NCBI GenBank assembly: GCA_963850625.1
Contig: CAWKLZ010000010.1
Coordinates: forward strand, 16,598 to 80,597
Length of the DNA: 64,000 nucleotides
Direction: 5' to 3'
From: an uncultured Solirubrobacterales bacterium
Lineage (GTDB): Bacteria > Actinomycetota > Thermoleophilia > Solirubrobacterales > 70-9
Positions 9,162 to 17,536 of the stretch are shown in pieces (the stretch's first letter is position 1; the number at the start of each line of letters is the position of its first letter). A program made the translations under genes and the position numbers. The notes below the pieces were generated by a model. It saw only the letters and a program-made list of their open reading frames with translations, ran no database searches and was not told the origin of the DNA.

Positions 9162-10133
9162 GTGAAGTTCGTAGGCCGGGTGCTTTGGCTGGCGCCGATT
9201 TTGGTCCTCGCGGTTCTCTGCATGGCGGCCGAGACCGCCCACGGCGCCGGCCGGCGCCCGGCGTGGACGACCTTCGACGCCCGCGGACCCGCGAGCGACG
9301 GCTACCACTACATCCTCCGCGAGTTCCGGGCTCACAGCGACAAGGGCGGCCTCGCGATCGGGATCTTCGCCCGGAGGACGCGGGCGCTGACCGAGACGGA
9401 CTACTCGGCGCGGCGGCCCGGCCGTGTGACGCCGCGCTCGGTGCGCGGCCGGCTTGGGAAGCGCGGCCGGCTCGACCTGCGGTTCCAGCCAACCGGCCCA
9501 CCCGAGGTCAAGCCCGACTACGAGCCATGCCTTGCGGCACGCATCCGCCCGGGCATCCTCCGCGGCACGATCCGCTTCCGCGGCGAGCGCGGCTACGTGC
9601 GCGTTCGCGACCGCCGGGTCGCGGCAGAGCGCATCGCCAACTTCCCCAGGGCGCACTGCTCGTGGCGGCGCGGCGGGATTGATCCCCCCCACAAGCGAAC
9701 ACGCGCCGCGCTCACCGGCTGCAGTCGCGAGTCGGTCTACGAGATCCGCCGCCACGCCGATCGGACGACCAGCGCGGTCGCGGTGAGCGACTACTCGCTG
9801 CGAGCCGGGCTGATCCAGGTAAGCGCCGTGGTCCGGCGCGTCCGGCCGGGAGCATTCGAGTACGCAAAGGACTTCACCAGCGCCACCTTCAGTCTCCCCG
9901 AGCCATTCAGCGGGACGGGTGAGTATGCGGACGGCGCCGTCGACGGCGATGCAAGCTGGCGGGCGCCGAATGGCGTGGAGACGAGCATGTCGGTGGACGA
10001 CGCCCACCTGGGCCAAAACGACCGCTCCGCCTGCGCGACCTTCACGCCCTTTCGGAGCCCGTCGCCGGCAGCGGCATCTACGGCCCGGGACCAGCACACG
10101 AGCCTGGCCGGCGTCAGCCTGCCCGGCGGCTGA
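9162..10133 (+). CDS. secreted protein of unknown function
   Basis: GTG start preceded by GGGGGA. Signal peptide: KFVGRVLWLAPILVLAVLCMAAETAHG. I recognise no motif. Confidence 0.55.
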   Translation: MKFVGRVLWLAPILVLAVLCMAAETAHGAGRRPAWTTFDARGPASDGYHYILREFRAHSDKGGLAIGIFARRTRALTETDYSARRPGRVTPRSVRGRLGKRGRLDLRFQPTGPPEVKPDYEPCLAARIRPGILRGTIRFRGERGYVRVRDRRVAAERIANFPRAHCSWRRGGIDPPHKRTRAALTGCSRESVYEIRRHADRTTSAVAVSDYSLRAGLIQVSAVVRRVRPGAFEYAKDFTSATFSLPEPFSGTGEYADGAVDGDASWRAPNGVETSMSVDDAHLGQNDRSACATFTPFRSPSPAAASTARDQHTSLAGVSLPGG

Positions 10134-10136
10134 GCG

Positions 10137-10685
10137 TCAGTTGACGCTCGGGTCCTCCGGCATCCGGGCCACGATCGCGTACTCGCCCCCCATGCGCTCG
10201 AGCACGTCGCTCCACATGGTGTCGGGATGCTCCGGGAAGAGCTCAGCCGGCAGGGGCGCCTCGACGATCCACGCGTCCTCGTCGATCTCCTCCTCGAGCT
10301 GCTCCGGCCCCCAGCCGGAGAAGCCGGCGTAGACGCGGCCGCGGCGCAGCGCCTCGGGGAGCTCGTCGAGGTCGCTCTGCGCGGAGACCAGGCCGACGTC
10401 GGCGACGACGATCCACGCCGCCTTCTCGGGGTCGGAAAACTCGCCTAGGACGACGAGCGCCTCCGGCTGTACGGGGCCGCCGACGAAGATCGGCTCCTCG
10501 CCCGCGATCGGCCCGAGCTCGGGAATCACGCCCGCGACCTCCGACTCGGAGGGGCGGTTGAGCACGATGCCCATCGCGCCGTCGTCGCCGTGTTCGGTGA
10601 TCAGCACGACGGTACGCTCGAAGTTCGGATCGCCGAGCGCCGGCGAGGCGATCAGCAGCTTGCCGCGTAGCGAGTCCTGAGCCAT
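10137..10685 (-). CDS. YqgE/AlgH family (UPF0301) protein
   Basis: LLIASPALGDPNFERTVVLITEHGDDGAMGIVLNRPS is the family signature N-terminus. Confidence 0.85.
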   Translation of the reverse strand: MAQDSLRGKLLIASPALGDPNFERTVVLITEHGDDGAMGIVLNRPSESEVAGVIPELGPIAGEEPIFVGGPVQPEALVVLGEFSDPEKAAWIVVADVGLVSAQSDLDELPEALRRGRVYAGFSGWGPEQLEEEIDEDAWIVEAPLPAELFPEHPDTMWSDVLERMGGEYAIVARMPEDPSVN

Positions 10686-10776
10686 TCCGGCGCAGGCTAA
10701 TCGAGCTTCACCGCTGCCGTCGCCGATCTCCCGTAAAGCCGAGCGGACGAGGTCCGGTCTCTAAGCTCATGGGCCG

Positions 10777-11520
10777 ATGATTCGCGACGTAACCGAGGCC
10801 AGCTTCCAGACTGACGTCCTCGACCGCTCCCACGAGGTGCCGGTCGTCGTCGACTTCTGGGCCGAGTGGTGCGGTCCCTGTCGCCAGCTCGGCCCGGCGC
10901 TCGAGGCCGAGGCAGGCCGCCGCGGCGAGACCGTCGACCTCGCGAAGGTCGACGTCGACTCCAACCAGCAGCTCGCCTCCTCCTTCCAGGTCCAGGGCAT
11001 CCCCGCCGTCAAGGCGTTCCGCGACGGCAAGGTCGTCGCCGAGTTCACCGGGGCGATTCCGCCCGCCCAGGTCGCTCAGTTCTTCGACGGCCTCGTCCCC
11101 TCCGAGGCCGACCAGCTCGCCTCCTCAGGCGACGAGGCGGATCTCCGCCGGGCCCTGGAGCTCGATCCCAGGCAGGCGGACGCCGCGACCGCGCTCGGCC
11201 GCATCCTGATCGCCCGCGGCGACTTCGACGAGTCCATCGCGCTGCTGGAGCCGTTCGAGGCCGACTTCGCCGCCGCCGGGCTGCTCGCCCGGGCCCGGCT
11301 TTCTTCGAACGGCTCGGCGCCCGATCTCGCCCCCGCCTTCGAAGCGTGGGACGCCGGCGATCACGAGAAGGCGCTGGACGCTTTGCAGGAAGCCGTCGCC
11401 GAACGTGAAGCCGACCGTGACGAGTTGCGCCGCGTGATGGTCGCGATCTTCACCGAGCTCGGGCCGGGTAGCGAGCTCGCCCGTGAGCACCGCCGCCGCC
11501 TCGCCCTCGCCCTGACCTGA
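10777..11520 (+). CDS. thioredoxin domain plus TPR-like C-terminal domain protein (YbbN/CnoX-like)
   Basis: WAEWCGPCRQLGP active site in the N-terminal thioredoxin fold. The C-terminal half is helical and TPR-like. Confidence 0.85.
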   Translation: MIRDVTEASFQTDVLDRSHEVPVVVDFWAEWCGPCRQLGPALEAEAGRRGETVDLAKVDVDSNQQLASSFQVQGIPAVKAFRDGKVVAEFTGAIPPAQVAQFFDGLVPSEADQLASSGDEADLRRALELDPRQADAATALGRILIARGDFDESIALLEPFEADFAAAGLLARARLSSNGSAPDLAPAFEAWDAGDHEKALDALQEAVAEREADRDELRRVMVAIFTELGPGSELAREHRRRLALALT

Positions 11521-11530
11521 CCGCAGCGCG

Positions 11531-12286
11531 ATGGCGCTTGGTGCTGTGTTCGAGATCGGGGGCGTGGGCCTGTTCACGGCCCTCTTCGCCGGCATGCTCT
11601 CGTTCCTCTCGCCGTGCGTCCTGCCGCTCGTGCCGGGCTATCTCTCGGCGGTGACGGGGGTCGCATCAGCGGATCTGCAGAAGGCGGACTGGCGCAAGGT
11701 CATCCCCCCCGCGCTCCTGTTCGTCGCCTCCTTCTCGGCGATCTTCATCATCCTCGGGCTCTCGGCGACGGGCCTCAGCCAGGCGCTGCGCACGAACCTG
11801 ACCACGCTCAACAAGATCGCCGGGCTCGTGATCATGGCGATGGGCGTCTTCTTCGTCGCCTCGATCTTCATCACCCGCCTCAACGCCGAGTGGCGCGTCG
11901 ACGCGCTCATGTCACGGGCCGGCCAGGGCGGCCCGCTGATCGCCGGCGCCGCCTTCGCGGTCGCCTGGACGCCCTGCATCGGGCCGACGCTGACGGCGAT
12001 CCTCGGCCTGGCCAGCACGACGGACTCCGTCTGGCAGGGCGGCGTCACGCTCGCGGTCTACTCGCTCGGGCTGGCGATCCCGTTCCTGCTCACGGCAATC
12101 GCGTTCACGCGGATGACCACCGCGTTCGACTTCGTCAAGCGCCACTACGGGGCGCTGATGGTGATCGGCGGCGTCTTCTTGATCATCATGGGCTACCTCG
12201 TCTACACGGACGACATAACCCGCTTCAACATCTGGGCCCAGAACGCAGCCGATTCGCTCGGACTGCACTTCCTGAACGGGATCTAG
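11531..12286 (+). CDS. ccdA: cytochrome c biogenesis / thiol-disulfide transfer membrane protein, CcdA (DsbD) family
   Basis: Six-TM protein with the two conserved Cys motifs FLSPCVLPLVPGYL and AWTPCIGPTL. Confidence 0.85.
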   Translation: MALGAVFEIGGVGLFTALFAGMLSFLSPCVLPLVPGYLSAVTGVASADLQKADWRKVIPPALLFVASFSAIFIILGLSATGLSQALRTNLTTLNKIAGLVIMAMGVFFVASIFITRLNAEWRVDALMSRAGQGGPLIAGAAFAVAWTPCIGPTLTAILGLASTTDSVWQGGVTLAVYSLGLAIPFLLTAIAFTRMTTAFDFVKRHYGALMVIGGVFLIIMGYLVYTDDITRFNIWAQNAADSLGLHFLNGI

Positions 12287-12397
12287 CGGCCCGTATGGAG
12301 CCGCCCGCGTTTGGCGGAGCGGCACGAGCCGGACGCGGGGCCCCGGCTGTCCGCCGGGGCCGCACGCCGGATTGCCGGGCTGTGCCCGGCGCAGGCT

Positions 12398-12604
12398 CTA
12401 CGAGGCGAGCTTGACGCCGACGGCCCGCGGGCCCTTGTCGGAATCCTCGGTCTCGAACTCGACCTTGGCGCCCTCGGCGAGGGTGCCACCTGTGGACGAG
12501 TCGAGGGCACTGTGATGGACGAACACGTCGTTCGAACCATTCTCAGGACGGATGAAGCCGAAGCCCTTCTCGTCGTTGAACCAATTGACGGTTCCTGTGG
12601 GCAT
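12398..12604 (-). CDS. cspA: cold-shock protein (CspA family)
   Basis: [32 protein letters not shown] carries the RNP1/RNP2 motifs. AGGAGGAAC lies upstream of the ATG. Confidence 0.92.
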   Translation of the reverse strand: MPTGTVNWFNDEKGFGFIRPENGSNDVFVHHSALDSSTGGTLAEGAKVEFETEDSDKGPRAVGVKLAS

Positions 12605-12990
12605 ATGTAGTTCCTCCTATTGGAACAGGCCGAACGGCACGGAGGAAGCTTCTGTGAAGGCGACGACTGCGCGGCAGGCACTTGGGTGAGGCGCACGTAC
12701 TTGTGCGTCCCCCGAGGCTAGCAGTCATGGCGGCCGCCGACAGGCTGCAGGCCATCCCTGGTGACTGAGACGACAAACCGGCCCGGCCGCGAACTGGCGC
12801 GCGCCGGTGGGGCGGGTGCGATGCGGCGCGGCCTGATTTGCGGCCCCCAGGGCGACGATGGCGGTTCCGCGGAACCTCCTCCTGACGGGTGAGGTACGTC
12901 ATGGAAGTGCGACGTGCCGAAGCCACCGCTGGTCGGCAAGAGGCACCGAGGGTGAGCACGCGCCCGGCCGGTCTGGGCATAGTCGTCCAC

Positions 12991-13014
12991 TTGTACCCCC
13001 TATAGGGGGGTCAA
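12991..13014. promoter_or_regulatory. G/C-tract palindrome TTGTACCCCCTATAGGGGGGTCAA (core CCCCCTATAGGGGG at 12996-13009)
   Basis: The 14-nt core is a perfect palindrome and the flanks are partly symmetric. It lies in the 570-bp non-coding stretch upstream of cspA. Function is not established. Confidence 0.3.
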
Positions 13015-13171
13015 CTGGACGGTCTCGACTCGCCGGAACGATGCTGGTTTGCGCGAGTAGCGCTCCTGCCTCAAGGACCTACTGCGTCCCGGCTACGTCA
13101 CCAAGCTCCGCCAGGCCGCGGCTAGTCCCCTTGCGCCGGCGCCGACCGGTGTCCGAAAGCCGCCAGCCCGG

Positions 13172-13498
13172 CTACTGATCCCGGCCCGGGTTCCAGGGGG
13201 AGCCGGGGGCGCCGACCTCGACCGGGACCTCGATCTCCTCGGTCTGTTCGCTGCCGATCGCGTCGGCGACTTCCTCCTCCAGCTCGCTGCTGTCGGAGTC
13301 GTTCGAGCAGACGATGCGGAAGCGGCCGGTGCCGAGCTCGGGGTCACCGACAAGCGGTAGGCCGCGGATCTCCTCCCAGCCGAGCCGCTCGATCTCGAAC
13401 GGGTTCATCCGCACCTCGGAGGCCGGGAACGGGCAGCTCGAGTTGTGCTGGTCGATCGCCTTGGAGATCGCCTCGAGGTTCTTCGCCTCTGCGCTCAC
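13172..13498 (-). CDS. small acidic hypothetical protein
   Basis: The GTG at 13498 opens VSAEAKNLEAISKAIDQHN...; GC3 is coding-like from there, while the upstream part of the track ORF is Arg-rich. Divergent from dinB. Confidence 0.45.
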   Translation of the reverse strand: MSAEAKNLEAISKAIDQHNSSCPFPASEVRMNPFEIERLGWEEIRGLPLVGDPELGTGRFRIVCSNDSDSSELEEEVADAIGSEQTEEIEVPVEVGAPGSPWNPGRDQ

Positions 13499-13556
13499 AC
13501 CCGGACCGTAGCAATGCCGCCCTCCCCCGTCCGGCCGCCGTCCTACGATCGCGGCA

Positions 13557-14855
13557 ATGGGTAGCGAACGCCTGTACGGGGACCCCACGAAGTGGGAGCA
13601 CGCGATCGCGCACGTCGACATGGACGCCTTCTTCGTCTCCTGCGAGCTGCTGCGCCGGCCGCACCTGCGCGGCCTCCCCGTTGCCGTCGGCCCGCGCAGC
13701 GACCGCGGCGTCGTCACCGCCGCCTCTTATGAGGCGCGGCGCTTCGGCGTGCACTCGGCGCTGCCGATCTCGGTCGCCCGCCGGCGCTGCCCGCAGCTGA
13801 TCGTCGTGCCGCCCGACCGCGACCTCTACCGGCGCGGCTCGCGGGCCGTGATGGGCGTCCTGGGCGAGTTCAGCGACACCGTCGAGGTGCTTGGCCTCGA
13901 CGAGGCCTACATCGACCTGAGCGACTCCCCCGCCCCGAAGACGCGGGCCCGGCAGCTCAAGTGGCGGATCCGCGAGCGCACGCGGCTCGCCTGCTCGATC
14001 GGGCTCGGGCCGAACCGCCTGATCGCGAAGATCGCCTCCGACCTCGACAAGCCCGACGGCTTGTGCGTGTTGCCGCGGGAGCGCTTCCTCGCGGTCTGCG
14101 GCGAGCGGCCCGCGCGGATCATCCCGGGCGTCGGGCCGAAGACCGAGGAGCGCCTCGCCGCGGCCGGGATCCGGACCGTCGCCGAGCTCGCAAAGGCAGA
14201 CCCGGAGCTGCTCGAGCGCACGCTCGGGCCCTCGCACGGCGCCTCGCTGGCCCGTCGCGCGCACGGCTACGGCAGCGCCGCGGTCGCCCTCGACCGGGTC
14301 CGCAAGTCGGAGAGCCGGGAGCGCACGTTCGAGACCGACCAGACCGACGAGGCGCTGATGCGGGAGACGATCACCGTGATGGCGCGCTCGGTCACCGAGA
14401 ACCTCGCCGGCAAGGGCATCTCGGGCAGGACGGTGAACCTGAAGATCCGCCTCTCCCCGTTCCGCACGTTCACGCGTGCCCGCTCGCTCAGCGAGCACAC
14501 CGACGAGCCCGAGCGCGTGATCGCGGCGGCGCTCGAGCTCTTCGAGGAGTTCGAGCGCGACGCGCCCGTCAGGCTGCTCGGCGTTGGCGTCTCCAACCTG
14601 CGCCACCCGGACGTGCCGCCGCCGGACGAGGACGGCGAGGCCTCCGAGGAGGAGCCTCGCCGCCCACCGCGGGGTGGCACCGGGCCAGCTCGCGTTCGAG
14701 TAGCCGGGCCGGGCCTGCGGGGTGGGCCTGCCCCCTCCCCCGCGCTCGCTACTTCGAGGCCCAGACCGTCCCGACGTCCGGGAAGCCGAGCTTGTTCTTC
14801 GTCGCCTCGGTCAGGTCGAACTCACGGTTGCCGGCGTAGGGGCCGCGGTCGATGA
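13557..14855 (+). CDS. dinB: DNA polymerase IV (Y-family); 3' end uncertain
   Basis: IAHVDMDAFFVSCE, SYEARRFGV and LGLDEAYIDL are Y-family catalytic motifs. Beyond ~14640 the frame becomes Arg/Pro/Gly-rich and overlaps the convergent gene. Another frame ends ...GQLAFE-TAG at 14701-14703, so a terminal indel is possible. Confidence 0.85.
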   Translation: MGSERLYGDPTKWEHAIAHVDMDAFFVSCELLRRPHLRGLPVAVGPRSDRGVVTAASYEARRFGVHSALPISVARRRCPQLIVVPPDRDLYRRGSRAVMGVLGEFSDTVEVLGLDEAYIDLSDSPAPKTRARQLKWRIRERTRLACSIGLGPNRLIAKIASDLDKPDGLCVLPRERFLAVCGERPARIIPGVGPKTEERLAAAGIRTVAELAKADPELLERTLGPSHGASLARRAHGYGSAAVALDRVRKSESRERTFETDQTDEALMRETITVMARSVTENLAGKGISGRTVNLKIRLSPFRTFTRARSLSEHTDEPERVIAAALELFEEFERDAPVRLLGVGVSNLRHPDVPPPDEDGEASEEEPRRPPRGGTGPARVRVAGPGLRGGPAPSPALATSRPRPSRRPGSRACSSSPRSGRTHGCRRRGRGR

Positions 14856-15717
14856 CCTTGACCTTGACCGTCTTGTGGCGGTAGTGGAGCTTCAGGTGCG
14901 TGCCGCAGGGGAGCTCCTTGTTGGCGACGCCCATCGTGCCGGGCTGCAGCGTGCCGCCGCAGGCCAGCGCGCCGCCGTACAGGCCAGGTCCGTACCAGGA
15001 TGCCTCGGCCGGCCGATAGACGGTCGCCGTGCCGGCCCTGTCCTTGCTGCCGGCCGCGACGCGGTCGCCGCGGGCCTTGACGGTCACCTTGTGGGTCCCG
15101 GGGTGCTTCGCCTTCAGCTTCACCTTGAAGTGGCCGTGGCGGTTGGTCTTCGTCGTCGCCCGCGCGTGGGCGGCCTTGACGACTACGACCCGGCGGCCGA
15201 TCGCCGGCGAGACCCGGCCCTTGACCTTGAGCTTGTCGCCGAGGTCGACGTCCTTGTGCGCGAGCCGCGAGCGCAGGCGCGACTTGACCCGGACCCACTG
15301 CGGCACCGAGCTGCGGCCGTCACCGGCGAGCACGCGGTAGTGGCCGCTGCGCTTGACGCGGACGTGGGCCTTGTAGCTGCCCTTGCGGTTCGTCTTCGTG
15401 ATCGCTACCTGGTGGTAGTGATCCTTGCCAGCGGCCTTGAACTGGACCTTGACCCGCGCGGGCGGCTTCGGGACCTGGGTGCCCGGTGCCGGCGCGGCGC
15501 TCGGCTGCTGCTCGGCGGCGAAGCGGCCGCTGAGCTCGACTTTGGCGCCTGCGTGGACCTTCGTGCGGTCGGCGGCCAGGTGCGTGCGGTGCCCGCGTGT
15601 CTTGCCGGCTGCGGGCGCGGCGATGCCGGTCAGGGCCAGGACTACTGCTGCGGTTGTGGTCGCGACGGCCGGAAAGCCGATCACGAGGCGTCGCCGCCGG
15701 AGGCGGAAGCGTCTCAT
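14749..15717 (-). CDS. secreted RlpA-like double-psi beta-barrel (DPBB) domain protein
   Basis: The C-terminus (ASWYGPGLYGGALACGG...GTHLKLHYRHKTVKVKVIDRGPYAGNREFDLTEA) is an RlpA/expansin-like DPBB. The N-terminus has a signal sequence followed by basic repeated beta-rich modules. Confidence 0.8.
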   Translation of the reverse strand: MRRFRLRRRRLVIGFPAVATTTAAVVLALTGIAAPAAGKTRGHRTHLAADRTKVHAGAKVELSGRFAAEQQPSAAPAPGTQVPKPPARVKVQFKAAGKDHYHQVAITKTNRKGSYKAHVRVKRSGHYRVLAGDGRSSVPQWVRVKSRLRSRLAHKDVDLGDKLKVKGRVSPAIGRRVVVVKAAHARATTKTNRHGHFKVKLKAKHPGTHKVTVKARGDRVAAGSKDRAGTATVYRPAEASWYGPGLYGGALACGGTLQPGTMGVANKELPCGTHLKLHYRHKTVKVKVIDRGPYAGNREFDLTEATKNKLGFPDVGTVWASK

Positions 15718-15919
15718 CTCGATCCTCGCTTTCGCCGCTGCGGGCCGCCGTGCCGTAAAGGCTGATGGCTGGGCCCGGCGCCGAGCCGGTGGGCTCAGGC
15801 GTCGAAGCGGCTGTGGTTGCTTCGATCTCTGTTGGATCGAGGACCGTAGGAGGACCGGCCGGAAAAGTGTGTGAGTCCGGTCACGCGTCTTAACAGACCG
15901 GCAATCGGGGTACCGCGCC

Positions 15920-16561
15920 TCAGGCGGCGAGGCCGAGGGCGGTGCGGTGGTCGGCCCTGCGCATGCCTTCGGGGGGCGAGAAATCCAGCACAGCCGCCAG
16001 ATCCTCCTCCCTGCCGGCGTCGTAGGAGGAGAAGGAGGTGCCGCTCGCGTGGCCCGGGTGGACGATCCACTCGACCACCGGCGGCAGCGGCCGCGCGTCG
16101 AGCTCCGCGGGGAGTACCCGATCGCGCTCGTTCATGCGGCCGATCGCCAGATCTGCCGTCGCGCCGCCGGCCCGCCGGATCAGCTCACGGTCCGCCGCAG
16201 TGACAGACCGGATCGGAATGCCGCGTGCGGCGGCCAAGCGGGCGCTGGTCGCGCGCACGCCGGCGCCCAGGTGGCAGTGGTGGTGACCGTCGACGTAGGC
16301 CGGTGGGCGGCCGAACGCCGCCTCGAACCGGTCGAATTGTCGGCCCAGCTCAACTTCGGCGTTCCCCTCTCCGCCCGGGTCCAACTCGAGGTGCAGGCCG
16401 ACCTCCACTCCTGTGGCAAGCAGGGGATCGGCATGAAGCCCCGGGCGCGTGACCATCGCGGAGACGGCATCGAGCGCTCCGCCCCGGGCCGCCTCGAGGA
16501 TCCCAGCATCGTAGGCAGGGTGGTAGCCATAGTCGTCGGCGTTGACGATCAGCACGCTCAC
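15920..16561 (-). CDS. YdjC/ChbG family carbohydrate deacetylase
   Basis: The GTG at 16561 opens VSVLIVNADDYGYHPAYDAGILEA, the family's N-terminal metal-binding motif. A conserved HxDGHHH-like segment (YVDGHHHCH) is also present. Confidence 0.8.
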   Translation of the reverse strand: MSVLIVNADDYGYHPAYDAGILEAARGGALDAVSAMVTRPGLHADPLLATGVEVGLHLELDPGGEGNAEVELGRQFDRFEAAFGRPPAYVDGHHHCHLGAGVRATSARLAAARGIPIRSVTAADRELIRRAGGATADLAIGRMNERDRVLPAELDARPLPPVVEWIVHPGHASGTSFSSYDAGREEDLAAVLDFSPPEGMRRADHRTALGLAA

Positions 16562-16632
16562 GCGCCGATTCTCACAGGCACCGGGGCTCGCGGACGCCCT
16601 TCGGTGTCCGGCGGCGTTGCGACGATCAGCGC

Positions 16633-17478
16633 GTGCGACCGGCGCTCCGGACACTCATCGATCGCGACTTCGCGGATCCCCGCAGCACCTTCACCGGCGT
16701 CTTCGTGACGATCGTCGCCGCGCTGACCTTCCAGCTGGCGGCGCCGGACACGGACTGGGCCCGCCTGGTGGCGATCGCCCTGCAGGGCGCCGTCGTGCTG
16801 ACCTCGATGCGGGCAGCCGGCGCCGATCGGCGGCTCTTGCAGACCGCCCGGGGGATCGTCGTCGTCCTGATCCTGCTCGGCGCGGGCGCAATCATCGGCT
16901 TCGACGACCCGCAGGCGCTCGTCACGCGCTCGCTGACGCTCGTCCTCATCATCCTCGCGCCGCTCGCGATCCTGATCGGGCTGCGCCGCGAGATCCTGGC
17001 CGACCAACGGGTGACCCTGCAGACGGTGCTCGCCGGCCTCAGCCTGTACCTGCTGATCGGCATGGCCTTCGCCTTCTCGTTCGCGATCGTCCAGGACGCG
17101 AGCAAGGACCCGTTCTTCGCCAGCGGCGTGAGCCAGGTGCCGATCAGCCGGGGCGAGCCCCAAGTCCTGGAGGGGAGCGTGACGCAGGCCGAGAACGACG
17201 CAAACCCGGCGCCGGAGGCCGGCGGCCATCTCGGGACCAGGGTCCAGGCTGGCTACGTCGTGGGCGATCAGAACGACTTCCTCTACTTCTCGCTGGCGAC
17301 GCTGACGACGACCGGCTACGGCGACCTGACCGCTGCCGGAGAGCTCGGCCGCACGCTGGCTGTGCTCGAAGCGCTGCTCGGACAGATCTACCTGGTCACC
17401 GTCGTCGCCCTGCTCGTCTCCAACTTGCGCCGCCCGACGAAGGACGAGCGGCGGCAGGCGCGCGGCGCACGAACTTGA
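16633..17478 (+). CDS. potassium channel family membrane protein
   Basis: Selectivity filter: LATLTTTGYGD, flanked by TM helices. Several N-terminal TM segments. Confidence 0.75.
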   Translation: MRPALRTLIDRDFADPRSTFTGVFVTIVAALTFQLAAPDTDWARLVAIALQGAVVLTSMRAAGADRRLLQTARGIVVVLILLGAGAIIGFDDPQALVTRSLTLVLIILAPLAILIGLRREILADQRVTLQTVLAGLSLYLLIGMAFAFSFAIVQDASKDPFFASGVSQVPISRGEPQVLEGSVTQAENDANPAPEAGGHLGTRVQAGYVVGDQNDFLYFSLATLTTTGYGDLTAAGELGRTLAVLEALLGQIYLVTVVALLVSNLRRPTKDERRQARGART

Positions 17479-17536
17479 GTCCGAGCCGCCCGCCCGGCGC
17501 TGGTCTGAGAGAATCGACCGCGACCGAGGAGGAGAG

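Noticed and set aside
12339-12388. GC-rich hairpins between the convergent ccdA and cspA genes as intrinsic terminators
   Set aside because: Stems exist (GGCCCCGG/CCGGGGCC and GCCGGG/CCCGGC), but neither strand has a following U-tract. I could not support a confident terminator call.
12718-12990. 90-aa minus-strand ORF starting right after the CCCCCTATAGGGGG palindrome, considered as a small regulator (e.g. CsoR)
   Set aside because: Third-position GC bias is weak, the sequence is Pro/Arg/Gly/Ser-rich, and there is no CsoR-like helix or Cys-His-Cys pattern.
15718-15919. ydaO (c-di-AMP) riboswitch upstream of the RlpA-like gene
   Set aside because: The conserved core elements I remember (GAAUC-type segments, ACGGGG, CCGACAGCUAACCUCGUAAGCG-like 3' end) are absent on the coding strand. 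Only a vague resemblance exists (CCAUCAGCCUUUACGGCACGGCG).
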